64,000 nucleotides of DNA from Minisyncoccia bacterium (GTDB lineage: Bacteria > Patescibacteriota > Minisyncoccia > Phycocordibacterales > PALSA-1337). Positions 9,861 to 18,644 of this stretch are shown here, one piece after another (position 1 is the first letter of the stretch; every line of letters begins with the position of its first letter). The notes under the pieces are model-generated. The model saw only the letters and a program-made list of their open reading frames with translations. It ran no database searches and had not been told where the DNA came from. Position numbers and translations under genes: made by a program. The DNA lies in NCBI GenBank assembly GCA_044228445.1, contig JBGAUV010000001.1, positions 15,827 to 79,826 of the forward strand, written 5' to 3'.

Positions 9861-10253
9861 TTACCAGATCTTAAATAGAACTTCTCCTCCGACCTTTCTA
9901 TTTTTTGCATCAATATCTAGAAGTATTCCTTCTGGAGTTGAAAAAACAGTATTTCCATAACCACTCTTAAATATTCTTATATCTTTTGATTTTTGATATA
10001 TTCTTCTTGAAGGCTTTGAAACACGAGCAACATCATTTACTCTTGGCATATTTCCTACATATGAAAGTCCTATTTCAAGTGTCTTCTCTACTTTCTTTCC
10101 TTTTACTTCAACACTTGTAATATATCCTGCTTTTAATAGAACATGGGCAATTGATTCTTTTAGAGCTGAATAAGGTAGTGAAATACTTGCCTTACCTGCT
10201 TTATTGGCATTCTTTATTGAAATTATTAAATTTGCGATTGGGTCTGTTACCAT
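9861..10253 (-). CDS. rpsH: 30S ribosomal protein S8
   Basis: M.TDPIA..I..I.NA..A ... S8 signature, 130 aa. Confidence 0.9.
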   Translation of the reverse strand: MVTDPIANLIISIKNANKAGKASISLPYSALKESIAHVLLKAGYITSVEVKGKKVEKTLEIGLSYVGNMPRVNDVARVSKPSRRIYQKSKDIRIFKSGYGNTVFSTPEGILLDIDAKNRKVGGEVLFKIW

Positions 10254-10432
10254 GATGATTTCTTTATACCTGGAATAACACCTTCATTTGCGAACTCTCT
10301 GAAACAAATACGACAAAGGTCAAAATCTCTCATATATCCATTCTTTCTACCACATCTAAAGCAACGACGAACAACCCTTGATTTGAACTTTGGGGCTTTC
10401 TTTGCTCTTGCTTTTACTGATGTCTTTGCCAT
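10247..10432 (-). CDS. rpsZ: 30S ribosomal protein S14 type Z (zinc-binding)
   Basis: 61 aa with CxxC...CxxC (CFRCGR...CRIC). Confidence 0.9.
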   Translation of the reverse strand: MAKTSVKARAKKAPKFKSRVVRRCFRCGRKNGYMRDFDLCRICFREFANEGVIPGIKKSSW

Positions 10433-10593
10433 TTTTTATTTTTATAAACAATTTTTATAAACAAACGAGGATTGGTTAGCTTGACCTTGCGGTATGGACT
10501 TCCAATCACTGTAACCTTCTATTTTTATCAACTCCTAACTTATTCCTAATGTGGAATTATACTATCAGATTGATAAAAAGAATGCAAGGATAT

Positions 10594-11154
10594 TTACTTT
10601 ACCCCTACCTTCTTGAATGGGAAACCTAAATATTCTAGAAAAGCTATAGTATCTTCTTTCTTTCTTGAAGAAACTACTATGTTAACACCCATACCGAATA
10701 CATCTCTTAGATCTTCATCTGAAGTTTCGGCAAATATAGTATGCTCTTTTATACCAAGACTGTAGTTACCCATTTCATCAATGGCTGTTCTTGAAATACC
10801 ACGAAAGTCTTTTGTACGAGGAAGAGCAATATTTATAAGACGATCGATAAAATCACACATTCTCTTTCCTCTTAGAGTTATTTGATATCCAACTGGATCA
10901 CCTTGGCGAACCTTAAATGTAGCAATAGATTTCTTTGCTCCTCTTAAAGCTGGCTTTTGACCCGTTATCTTTGCAAGACGATCTGCAATAAGTTCCATCT
11001 TCTTCTTATCTTTTAGTGAACCTATACCACAAGACACAACAACCTTTAACAATCTAGGTGCTTGCATCTTATTTTTAATATCAATCTTACCCTTTAGATT
11101 TTCAAAAGAGTTCTTATTAAGTTCATATGTATTTTTTACTGTTTCTTTTTTCAT
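10594..11154 (-). CDS. rplE: 50S ribosomal protein L5
   Basis: L5 signature; position between L24 and S14. Confidence 0.9.
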   Translation of the reverse strand: MKKETVKNTYELNKNSFENLKGKIDIKNKMQAPRLLKVVVSCGIGSLKDKKKMELIADRLAKITGQKPALRGAKKSIATFKVRQGDPVGYQITLRGKRMCDFIDRLINIALPRTKDFRGISRTAIDEMGNYSLGIKEHTIFAETSDEDLRDVFGMGVNIVVSSRKKEDTIAFLEYLGFPFKKVGVK

Positions 11155-11176
11155 GTTTTTATTTCTACCTTATTCT

Positions 11177-11419
11177 CTATTTCTTTTTTCCTTTTTTGTA
11201 TTCAGATTCAAGTGCTACATTTGAAATATGTATTGGCATTGAAACCTCTACCAATTGACCCTTTTGTCCTTTCTGACGAGGCTTTTGATGTTTCTTTACT
11301 ATATTTAGTCCTGATACGATAAGCTTATCTTGTTTTGGAAGCATTTTTAAAACCTTTCCAGTTTTACCCTTATCTTTTCCTACTAAAACTATTACATTGT
11401 TGTCTTTCTTGATATTCAT
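11177..11419 (-). CDS. rplX: 50S ribosomal protein L24
   Basis: KOW motif [15 protein letters not shown]. Confidence 0.85.
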   Translation of the reverse strand: MNIKKDNNVIVLVGKDKGKTGKVLKMLPKQDKLIVSGLNIVKKHQKPRQKGQKGQLVEVSMPIHISNVALESEYKKGKKK

Positions 11420-11425
11420 ATATTT

Positions 11426-11797
11426 TTATACTATTTCTGGTGCACGTGAAGCGATAGTTTGAAAACCCTCTTCAGCTATTTCTCTTGGTATTGGACCGAA
11501 TATACGTCCGGCTATTGGCTCCTTTTTACCCTTTTCTAAAATAACTACTGCATTTTCATCAAACTTTATATAAGATCCATCCTTTCTTCTATAAGGTTGA
11601 ACTTGTCTAACTACAACAGCTTGTAGAACATCCTTTTTCTTTATAGACTTTCTTGGTTCTGCTTTTTGTACAGAAAGAACAACAAGATCACCGATCATTG
11701 CATATCTTTTCTTTGAGCTTCCTAGTACCTTGAAAATACGGCCTATTTTTGCTCCGCAATTATCTGTTATTCTTACTATTGAACGTGGCTGTATCAT
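11426..11797 (-). CDS. rplN: 50S ribosomal protein L14
   Basis: MIQ..S.....DN.GAK.... Confidence 0.9.
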   Translation of the reverse strand: MIQPRSIVRITDNCGAKIGRIFKVLGSSKKRYAMIGDLVVLSVQKAEPRKSIKKKDVLQAVVVRQVQPYRRKDGSYIKFDENAVVILEKGKKEPIAGRIFGPIPREIAEEGFQTIASRAPEIV

Positions 11798-11815
11798 TGA
11801 AGTTTATTTAAATTA

Positions 11816-12079
11816 TTATTCTGCAATCTTAAAAGACTTATGTCTTGAAATTGGTCTGCATGATTCGATTATTACTTTATCACCAATCTTCTTTGTATTT
11901 CCAGCATCATGAACCTTATATCTCTTTCTTAGTTTCATGTACTTTTGATACTTAGGATCTTTAACAAATCTCTCGACCACTACAACAACAGTGTCTTTCA
12001 TTTTATCAGACACAACAACCCCAGAAAATCTCTGTCTCTTTGGTGTTTCTATATTGTTTTGTGTTGTTTTTGTTTGCAT
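11816..12079 (-). CDS. rpsQ: 30S ribosomal protein S17
   Basis: G.VVSDKM.KT.VV.VER...H..Y.K. Confidence 0.85.
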   Translation of the reverse strand: MQTKTTQNNIETPKRQRFSGVVVSDKMKDTVVVVVERFVKDPKYQKYMKLRKRYKVHDAGNTKKIGDKVIIESCRPISRHKSFKIAE

Positions 12080-12091
12080 TTTATTTATCCT

Positions 12092-12289
12092 TTACTTTAC
12101 TATTTCTGACTTATTTCTCATACCAATCTCAGTCATAATTCTAGCTATATCTTTCTTTAGTGTACCAGCTAGTTTTACATTCTTTGTTTTACTACCTGAT
12201 GAACCAAAACGGAAGTCACGTATAGCTACCCTCTTTTCGTTTATGAGTTTCTTCAAATCCTCTAATGTTTTATTCTTGTACTCTTTCAT
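12092..12289 (-). CDS. rpmC: 50S ribosomal protein L29
   Basis: 65 aa helical protein between L16 and S17. Confidence 0.8.
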   Translation of the reverse strand: MKEYKNKTLEDLKKLINEKRVAIRDFRFGSSGSKTKNVKLAGTLKKDIARIMTEIGMRNKSEIVK

Positions 12290-12298
12290 ATGTTTATA

Positions 12299-12730
12299 CT
12301 ATATTAGGTTACGATTTACAACTTTTGTCTTTACTGAAATCTTTGTACCAGCTTTTCTCAATGCTTCTGCGGCAACTGCATCTGTTACTCCATCAATTTC
12401 AAAAAGGATTCTTCCAGGTTTAACTTCTGCTACGAAACCTTGTGGATCTCCCTTTCCTTTACCAAGTTTTACTTCTGGTGGCTTTTGTGTAAAAGGTCTA
12501 TCAGGGAATATTCTTACCCAAACCTTACCGGATTTTGTAGCATAACGCGCCATAACCTTTCTAGCTGCTTCAATTTCATTTGAACTCAATCTTCCATATT
12601 TAAGAGCCTTTAGACCATAAGAACCGAAAGATAGGTCTACTCCACGTGTTTCAACAGTTGTAGCAAGCTTTTTTGCATTCTTGCGTCCTGTGTGCCACTT
12701 TCTGAATTTTACTTTTTTAGGGAAAAGCAT
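12299..12730 (-). CDS. rplP: 50S ribosomal protein L16
   Basis: ML.PK..K.RK...GR L16 N-terminus. Confidence 0.9.
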   Translation of the reverse strand: MLFPKKVKFRKWHTGRKNAKKLATTVETRGVDLSFGSYGLKALKYGRLSSNEIEAARKVMARYATKSGKVWVRIFPDRPFTQKPPEVKLGKGKGDPQGFVAEVKPGRILFEIDGVTDAVAAEALRKAGTKISVKTKVVNRNLI

Positions 12731-12741
12731 GGTAGTAAAAA

Positions 12742-13446
12742 TTATGATCTATTATTATTAACTTCTTTCTCTCGAGCAGATTTCAAATCCTTCTCGAAAA
12801 TTTGACCTTTATATATCCAAACCTTTATTCCTATACCTCCGTAGGTCATATTTGCTTTTTCACGAGCAAAATCAATATCTGCACGTAGTGTTTGAAGTGG
12901 AATACGTCCTCTCTTTAGGTCTTCTGTACGTGCCATATCTGCACCCCCAAGACGACCTCCTAGTTTTATCTTTACTCCCTGAACTTCTCTATTTGCCATT
13001 ACCTTTTCTATTGTCTGTTTCAAAACTCTTCTGAAAGGTAATCTTTTTTCTAAACCTTCAGCAACAATCATAGCCACAATAGCAGCATTTGCTTCTGGGT
13101 TTCTTATTTCTTCAATATCAAGCTTTAATTCTTGACCCATTAAATCAACTTTATTTTTCTTTAAAATAGCTAGTATTTTTTCTCTTAGCTTTACAACCCC
13201 GTCCCCGCTTCTTCCTATTATCATTCCAGGACGAGAAGTTCTGATTATCACTCTTAGTGACTTTTGATTTCTTTCAATTTGAACATCTGATAGATAAAAA
13301 GCTCTAAGTTCTTTTGTTAAAAATTGTCTTATTAGAAGATCGGCTTTTAGAGAATCTCTATAATCCTTATTCTGTCTAAACCAACGACTTTTCCAATCGC
13401 GTATAACTCCTAATCTATGTGAATATGGGTGGACTGATTTTGACAT
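12742..13446 (-). CDS. rpsC: 30S ribosomal protein S3
   Basis: KH domain plus S3 C-terminal domain (GIKV...GRLGGA..AR). Confidence 0.9.
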   Translation of the reverse strand: MSKSVHPYSHRLGVIRDWKSRWFRQNKDYRDSLKADLLIRQFLTKELRAFYLSDVQIERNQKSLRVIIRTSRPGMIIGRSGDGVVKLREKILAILKKNKVDLMGQELKLDIEEIRNPEANAAIVAMIVAEGLEKRLPFRRVLKQTIEKVMANREVQGVKIKLGGRLGGADMARTEDLKRGRIPLQTLRADIDFAREKANMTYGGIGIKVWIYKGQIFEKDLKSAREKEVNNNRS

Positions 13447-13447
13447 G

Positions 13448-13861
13448 TTATTTTTGTTCTTTTTTAACCTTTACTGTTTCTTTTACTTCTTTTTTAACTT
13501 CGGTTGTTTTCTTTGTCTTTGAAGCTTTTTCTACCTTTGGAACAAGAGTAATATTTACGTGGCTTGTTCTCTTATTTATTCTATATGCCATTCCACGAGC
13601 ACGAGGCATATTTCTCTTTAAAATAAGTCCACCATCAACTCTTACATCCTTTACTATAAGATTTTCCTTATCCATATTAAAATTATTCTTTGCATTTGAA
13701 ACTGCTGAAGCTAAAAGAGCATATAGTGGATCTCCTGCCTTCTTATTTATATGTGCAAGTGTGTCCAAAGCATAAGTCACAGGTTTACCCTTTATTAGAT
13801 TTGCCACGCCTCGCATTTTACGTGGTGATTGTCTGTAGTTTTTTAGTGAAGCGTTTATCAT
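13448..13861 (-). CDS. rplV: 50S ribosomal protein L22
   Basis: SPRK.R.VA..I.G position and L22 pattern. Confidence 0.85.
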   Translation of the reverse strand: MINASLKNYRQSPRKMRGVANLIKGKPVTYALDTLAHINKKAGDPLYALLASAVSNAKNNFNMDKENLIVKDVRVDGGLILKRNMPRARGMAYRINKRTSHVNITLVPKVEKASKTKKTTEVKKEVKETVKVKKEQK

Positions 13862-13875
13862 GGGTGTTTATTAAA

Positions 13876-14220
13876 TTATTTTTTTGGTGTAGCTACTGCA
13901 TCCTTTGCGGCTTTTGCAGCATTAACTTCAGCCTCTTTAGCTTTCATTTCAAGCTCTTTTTGCATCTTACCTCCATGTCTAATAAATTTCTTTGTAGGAG
14001 AAAATTCACCGAGGCGGTGTCCTACCATTTCCTCGGTTACTAAAACATCAATATGTTGCTTTCCATTATAAACACCAAAAATAAAACCTACCATCTCAGG
14101 TGAAATTTGGCTTCTTCTGTACCATGTTTTAATAACCCCAGTTTCAATTGGTTTTTTTCCTGCAATCTTCTTTAGAAGTCGCTCTTCGATATATGGTCCT
14201 TTTTTTAGTGATCGTGACAT
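13876..14220 (-). CDS. rpsS: 30S ribosomal protein S19 (C-terminal K/A/E-rich extension)
   Basis: SRS.KKGP... GH.LGEF.PT S19 signature. Confidence 0.9.
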   Translation of the reverse strand: MSRSLKKGPYIEERLLKKIAGKKPIETGVIKTWYRRSQISPEMVGFIFGVYNGKQHIDVLVTEEMVGHRLGEFSPTKKFIRHGGKMQKELEMKAKEAEVNAAKAAKDAVATPKK

Positions 14221-14291
14221 ATTTTTTTCTGTTTGAAGTCTTCAAATACTAGCAAAATCTTGATTAAAGTCAAGAAAATGCTTTATTTTAT

Positions 14292-15149
14292 CTATACATT
14301 TTCTGCTGAAGCTTTCTTTCCGACCTTTCTTCTTGAAACAATAAACACATTTGAATACTTCTTTGGTGTTCTTGTCTTTTGACCCTTACCTGCTGGCTTA
14401 CCCCAACGAGTCTTTAGTCTACGTAGACCTCTTCCTGTTCTCTGTTCTCCTCCTCCGTATGGGTGGTCCACTGGGTTTTGAGCAGAACCTCTAACAGTAG
14501 GACGTATACCAAGCCAACGAGAACGTCCTGCTTTACCAATATTTACAAGACGTGATTCTTCATTTGAAACCGTACCAACTGTAGCCCAAGCAGTTTCATG
14601 AACTTTTCTAACTTCAGTTGAAGGAAGTTTAAGGTGAGTATACCCAGCATCGTTTGCAATAACTTGAGCAAATGTACCAGCTGATCTAACAAGTTTTGCT
14701 CCGCCAAGAGGCTTTACTTCTATATTGTATACAAAAGTTCCAACCGGAATTTTCTTTAGAGGAAGTCTATTTCCTGTCTCAATAAGTGCATTTTCAGAAA
14801 CAATAAATGAATCACCCACCTTCATTGTCTTTGGTACTAGAATATATCTTCTTTCACCATCTTCATATTGAACAAGAGCAATATACCCAGTTCTAAATGG
14901 ATCATACTCAACAGTCTTTATAATAGCCTTCATATTTTTCTTATTGTAGAAAAAGTCTATTTCTCTGTATAGCTTTTTATGGCCACCTCCTTGGTGTCTA
15001 ACTGTGATACGTCCCTGACTGTTTCTTCCAACGTCTCTTTTCATTCCCTTTGTAAGAGGTTTATAAGGTGAAGACGTAGTCAAATACTTCTTGAAAGGAA
15101 GTGTTGTCATATGACGTCTTGATGGTGTTGTTGGGTGATAATGTTTCAT
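14292..15149 (-). CDS. rplB: 50S ribosomal protein L2
   Basis: 285 aa with conserved L2 C-terminal region (P.VRG.AQNPVDHP.GGGE). Confidence 0.9.
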   Translation of the reverse strand: MKHYHPTTPSRRHMTTLPFKKYLTTSSPYKPLTKGMKRDVGRNSQGRITVRHQGGGHKKLYREIDFFYNKKNMKAIIKTVEYDPFRTGYIALVQYEDGERRYILVPKTMKVGDSFIVSENALIETGNRLPLKKIPVGTFVYNIEVKPLGGAKLVRSAGTFAQVIANDAGYTHLKLPSTEVRKVHETAWATVGTVSNEESRLVNIGKAGRSRWLGIRPTVRGSAQNPVDHPYGGGEQRTGRGLRRLKTRWGKPAGKGQKTRTPKKYSNVFIVSRRKVGKKASAENV

Positions 15150-15167
15150 ATATTTATAAAATGTTTA

Positions 15168-15587
15168 TTATGCAATTTCTATCTTATCTCCCTTTTTGAG
15201 ATAAACTAGTGCTTTCTTTATTGAAGACTGTGTTCCATATCTTCCTCTAACTATAACTGTCTTTGCTGGTAAATGTATAGTTCTCACTTTGATTGGAGTT
15301 ACCTTATACATATCCTTTATAGCCTTTGATATTTCTGACTTTGTTGCATCTTTTGTAACTTCAAATGTATATACATTTTGTGATTCAATAGAAAGTCCTG
15401 CTTTTTCTGTTATTCTAGGTCGTAAAATAACATCTTTTTTTACAATAGTGTTTGTATTTACTCTTTCAGCAATAGCTTTTGTAGCTGGCTTCTTAACAAC
15501 CTTTGCTTTTGTAGTAGTTTTCTTTACTGTATCCTTAACAGCTTCTACTTTCTTTTCTGTATTCTTTTTTAGTCCAAATAATGCCAT
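15168..15587 (-). CDS. rplW: 50S ribosomal protein L23 (N-terminal K/T-rich extension)
   Basis: Position between L4 and L2; L23 core in C-terminal half. Confidence 0.8.
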   Translation of the reverse strand: MALFGLKKNTEKKVEAVKDTVKKTTTKAKVVKKPATKAIAERVNTNTIVKKDVILRPRITEKAGLSIESQNVYTFEVTKDATKSEISKAIKDMYKVTPIKVRTIHLPAKTVIVRGRYGTQSSIKKALVYLKKGDKIEIA

Positions 15588-15591
15588 ATAT

Positions 15592-16275
15592 TTATTTATT
15601 AAAATTCTTTAGAGTTTCATTTGGATTAACAATAACTAAATACTTATGATTTAGTAATGAAACTGGGTTAATATTTCTAAATTCTTCAACTGAAATATTT
15701 CCAAAGTTTCCAAAACTCTTATTTACATTTACTGACCTCTTATCCATAGCAATTATGGCAACGTTCTTTGGTTTTGTTGAGAATTTTTCAAAACCCTTTA
15801 TTTTTCCAAATGACTCAACTACTAGTTTTGCATCTTTTGTTTTTGGTTTATCAAATGATATTGAATCAACAAACAATAATTCACCATCTTTTAATTTTCT
15901 AGAAAGAATAGTGTAAAGAGCTTTTGATTTTGTCTTTTTATTTACTTTTCTATCATAATTCTTATCATTTCTTGGTCCATGAGCAACACCTCCACCAACC
16001 CATATAGGTGAACGAGTAGAACCATGACGAGCACGTCCTGTACCCTTTTGTTGCCAAGGCTTCTTACCTCCTCCACTTACTTCTCCACGAGTTTTTGTAT
16101 GTGCAATTGGATCTCTACTTGTAGACATCATTGAAACAACAACACTATGAACTAGGTCGGCATTCCAAGGTAAACCAAATACATCTTTAGGAAGAGTTAA
16201 CTTTCCTATTTCTTCACCTCTTTGATTATGCAATTTTGTTTCCATTTTTGTTTCCATGTTTTTTCTTTCTATCAT
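15592..16275 (-). CDS. rplD: 50S ribosomal protein L4
   Basis: L4 signature (KPWQQKGTGRAR.GS.RSP.W.GGG.A.GP). Confidence 0.85.
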   Translation of the reverse strand: MIERKNMETKMETKLHNQRGEEIGKLTLPKDVFGLPWNADLVHSVVVSMMSTSRDPIAHTKTRGEVSGGGKKPWQQKGTGRARHGSTRSPIWVGGGVAHGPRNDKNYDRKVNKKTKSKALYTILSRKLKDGELLFVDSISFDKPKTKDAKLVVESFGKIKGFEKFSTKPKNVAIIAMDKRSVNVNKSFGNFGNISVEEFRNINPVSLLNHKYLVIVNPNETLKNFNK

Positions 16276-16277
16276 TT

Positions 16278-16883
16278 TTATCCAACTATTTCAACCAGTG
16301 TTCCCCTTTTACCTGGAATTGCACCTGATATGTACATAATGTTTGCACTTGGATCAACGTGAAGAACTCTTAAATTCTTTATTGTTACTCTATCGCTACC
16401 CATTCTTCCGGCCATTCTCATCTTTTTTGGAACCTTATTTCTAAGACCTCCTCCAATAGATCCCGGTTCTCTTTCTGAGTGCTTTTGTCCGTGTGTTCTA
16501 GGTCCTCCTCCGAAACCATGTCTCTTAACTACCCCTTGGAAACCTTTTCCTTTTGATATTGCACTAACCTCTATAGCATCACCTTGTTTGAATTGATTTA
16601 GATCAATTTTATCACCCACTTTATTATTTACTTCATTTACTCTAAATTCGCGTAGTGAAGCAAAAGCTCCAAGATCTTTCATATGACCTTTCATAGCTTT
16701 ATTTATTCTTTCAGCCTTCTTTACACCACTTGCAACTTGTACAGCATTATAACCGTCGGTTTCTTTTGTTTTGACTTGTGTTACAACAATAGGACTAACT
16801 TCAACAAGAGTAGTAGGATGAACTACACCTTCATTATCGAAGATTTGTGTCATATTTAACTTTCGTCCAAGAATAAATTTCAT
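16278..16883 (-). CDS. rplC: 50S ribosomal protein L3
   Basis: G.KGKGF.GV.KRHGF.GGP..HG L3 signature. Confidence 0.9.
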   Translation of the reverse strand: MKFILGRKLNMTQIFDNEGVVHPTTLVEVSPIVVTQVKTKETDGYNAVQVASGVKKAERINKAMKGHMKDLGAFASLREFRVNEVNNKVGDKIDLNQFKQGDAIEVSAISKGKGFQGVVKRHGFGGGPRTHGQKHSEREPGSIGGGLRNKVPKKMRMAGRMGSDRVTIKNLRVLHVDPSANIMYISGAIPGKRGTLVEIVG

Positions 16884-16906
16884 TGCAGTATTAATTAATC
16901 TAATGA

Positions 16907-17287
16907 TTACATCATTTTTACATCGATATTAACTCCCCCAGGTAAACTAAGGTTTGTTAAAGCTTCAATGATTTTCTGATTTGGGTTTATTATATCTATA
17001 ATTCTCTTATGAACTCTCATTTCGAATTGTTCACGAGTATTCTTATATACGAATGCAGCTCTGTTTACTGTATATTTCTTAATTTCAGTAGGTAAAGGTA
17101 TAGGACCATAGAACTTCATATCGTATCTAATAGCTGTATCCATTATTTGCTTCAAAGAAGCATCAAGAATTTTGTGCTCATAAGCACGAACACGTATACG
17201 AAGTCTTGCTCCATCACCTTCAACTGGTGCTTTTGCAGTCTTTGGACGTGTTACTTTCTTTTTTACTTCTTTTGTAGCAGTAGTCAT
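16907..17287 (-). CDS. rpsJ: 30S ribosomal protein S10 (N-terminal extension)
   Basis: RIR.RA.....LD.....I...A......GPIPLPT S10 signature. Confidence 0.9.
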   Translation of the reverse strand: MTTATKEVKKKVTRPKTAKAPVEGDGARLRIRVRAYEHKILDASLKQIMDTAIRYDMKFYGPIPLPTEIKKYTVNRAAFVYKNTREQFEMRVHKRIIDIINPNQKIIEALTNLSLPGGVNIDVKMM

Positions 17288-17296
17288 AGGATTATA

Positions 17297-18481
17297 TTAA
17301 GCAACTATCTTTGTTATAACTCCGGCACCCACAGTCTTACCTCCTTCACGAATAGCAAATCTTTGCTTATCTTCTAGAGCAACTGGTGCTACTAGCTTTA
17401 CCTTGAATGTAACTGTATCTCCTGGCATAACCATTTCTACTCCTGTTGCTAGAGTAACTTCTCCAGTAACATCTGTTGTTCTTATGTAGAACTGAGGCTT
17501 ATAACCTGTGAAGAATGGTGTGTGACGTCCTCCTTCTTCCTTCTTTAGGATGTAAACTTCTGCTTCGAATTCTGTGTGAGGCTTTACTGAACCTGGCTTT
17601 GCTAGAACCATACCACGAGTAACATCATCCTTTGATGTACCTCTTAGTAGAAGACCAGCATTGTCCCCGGCAATAGCTTCTTTTAGAGACTTATTGAACA
17701 TTTCTATGAATGTAACAACTGTTTTTGAAGTTTCTCTGAAACCTAGGATTTCTACTTCTTCGTTTACCTTTAGTACCCCTCTTTCTACACGTCCTGTTAC
17801 TACAGTACCACGACCTTCAATTGAGAATATATCTTCTATAGGCATTAGGAAAGGCTTATCTACTTCACGAACTGGGTTTGGAATATAAGTATCAAGAGCG
17901 TTCATAAGATCCTTGATTTTTGCTACCCATTCAGCATCACCTTCTAGAGCCTTTAGAGCAGAACCACGAATAACTGGAGCTTCTTTTCCGTCGAAACCAT
18001 TCTTTGTAAGAAGTTCACGCACTTCTTCTTCAACTAGGTCAATAAGGTCTTTTTCAGGAACCATATCACACTTGTTTAGGAAAACTACAACTCTTGGAAC
18101 ACCAACTTGCTTTGCAAGAAGAATATGCTCTCTTGTTTGTGGCATAACTCCATCTTGTGCTGATACTACTAGAATAGCACCGTCCATTTGAGCGGCACCT
18201 GTAATCATGTTCTTTATGTAGTCAGCGTGTCCTGGTGCATCGATGTGAGCATAGTGACGATTTGCTGTTTCGTATTCTACGTGAGCAAGAGAAATAGTAA
18301 CGATTTTTGATGCATCTCTTACTGTACCTCCCTTTGCAATATCAGAATAAGCCTTGTTTTGAGCAAGACCGTCCTTTGCTTGAACAGCTAGGATAGAAGT
18401 AGTAAGTGTTGTTTTTCCGTGGTCAACGTGACCGATTGTACCAACGTTTACATGAAGCTTTGTACGATTGAATTCTGCCAT
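17297..18481 (-). CDS. tuf: Elongation factor Tu
   Basis: [23 protein letters not shown] GTPase motifs; 394 aa. Confidence 0.95.
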   Translation of the reverse strand: MAEFNRTKLHVNVGTIGHVDHGKTTLTTSILAVQAKDGLAQNKAYSDIAKGGTVRDASKIVTISLAHVEYETANRHYAHIDAPGHADYIKNMITGAAQMDGAILVVSAQDGVMPQTREHILLAKQVGVPRVVVFLNKCDMVPEKDLIDLVEEEVRELLTKNGFDGKEAPVIRGSALKALEGDAEWVAKIKDLMNALDTYIPNPVREVDKPFLMPIEDIFSIEGRGTVVTGRVERGVLKVNEEVEILGFRETSKTVVTFIEMFNKSLKEAIAGDNAGLLLRGTSKDDVTRGMVLAKPGSVKPHTEFEAEVYILKKEEGGRHTPFFTGYKPQFYIRTTDVTGEVTLATGVEMVMPGDTVTFKVKLVAPVALEDKQRFAIREGGKTVGAGVITKIVA

Positions 18482-18644
18482 ATGATTTTAGTGCTTTAGT
18501 CCTTTTTCAATTGGGCGTGAAAGCCAGTTGAAGCAAGACTAAAGATAAATTGTTAATTAATAAGTAATGAACGCAAAGAAAAATGCGTATTGGCTATAGT
18601 AGCATGATAGCTATTTTAAAGTCAAATATATGTATTAATATATC

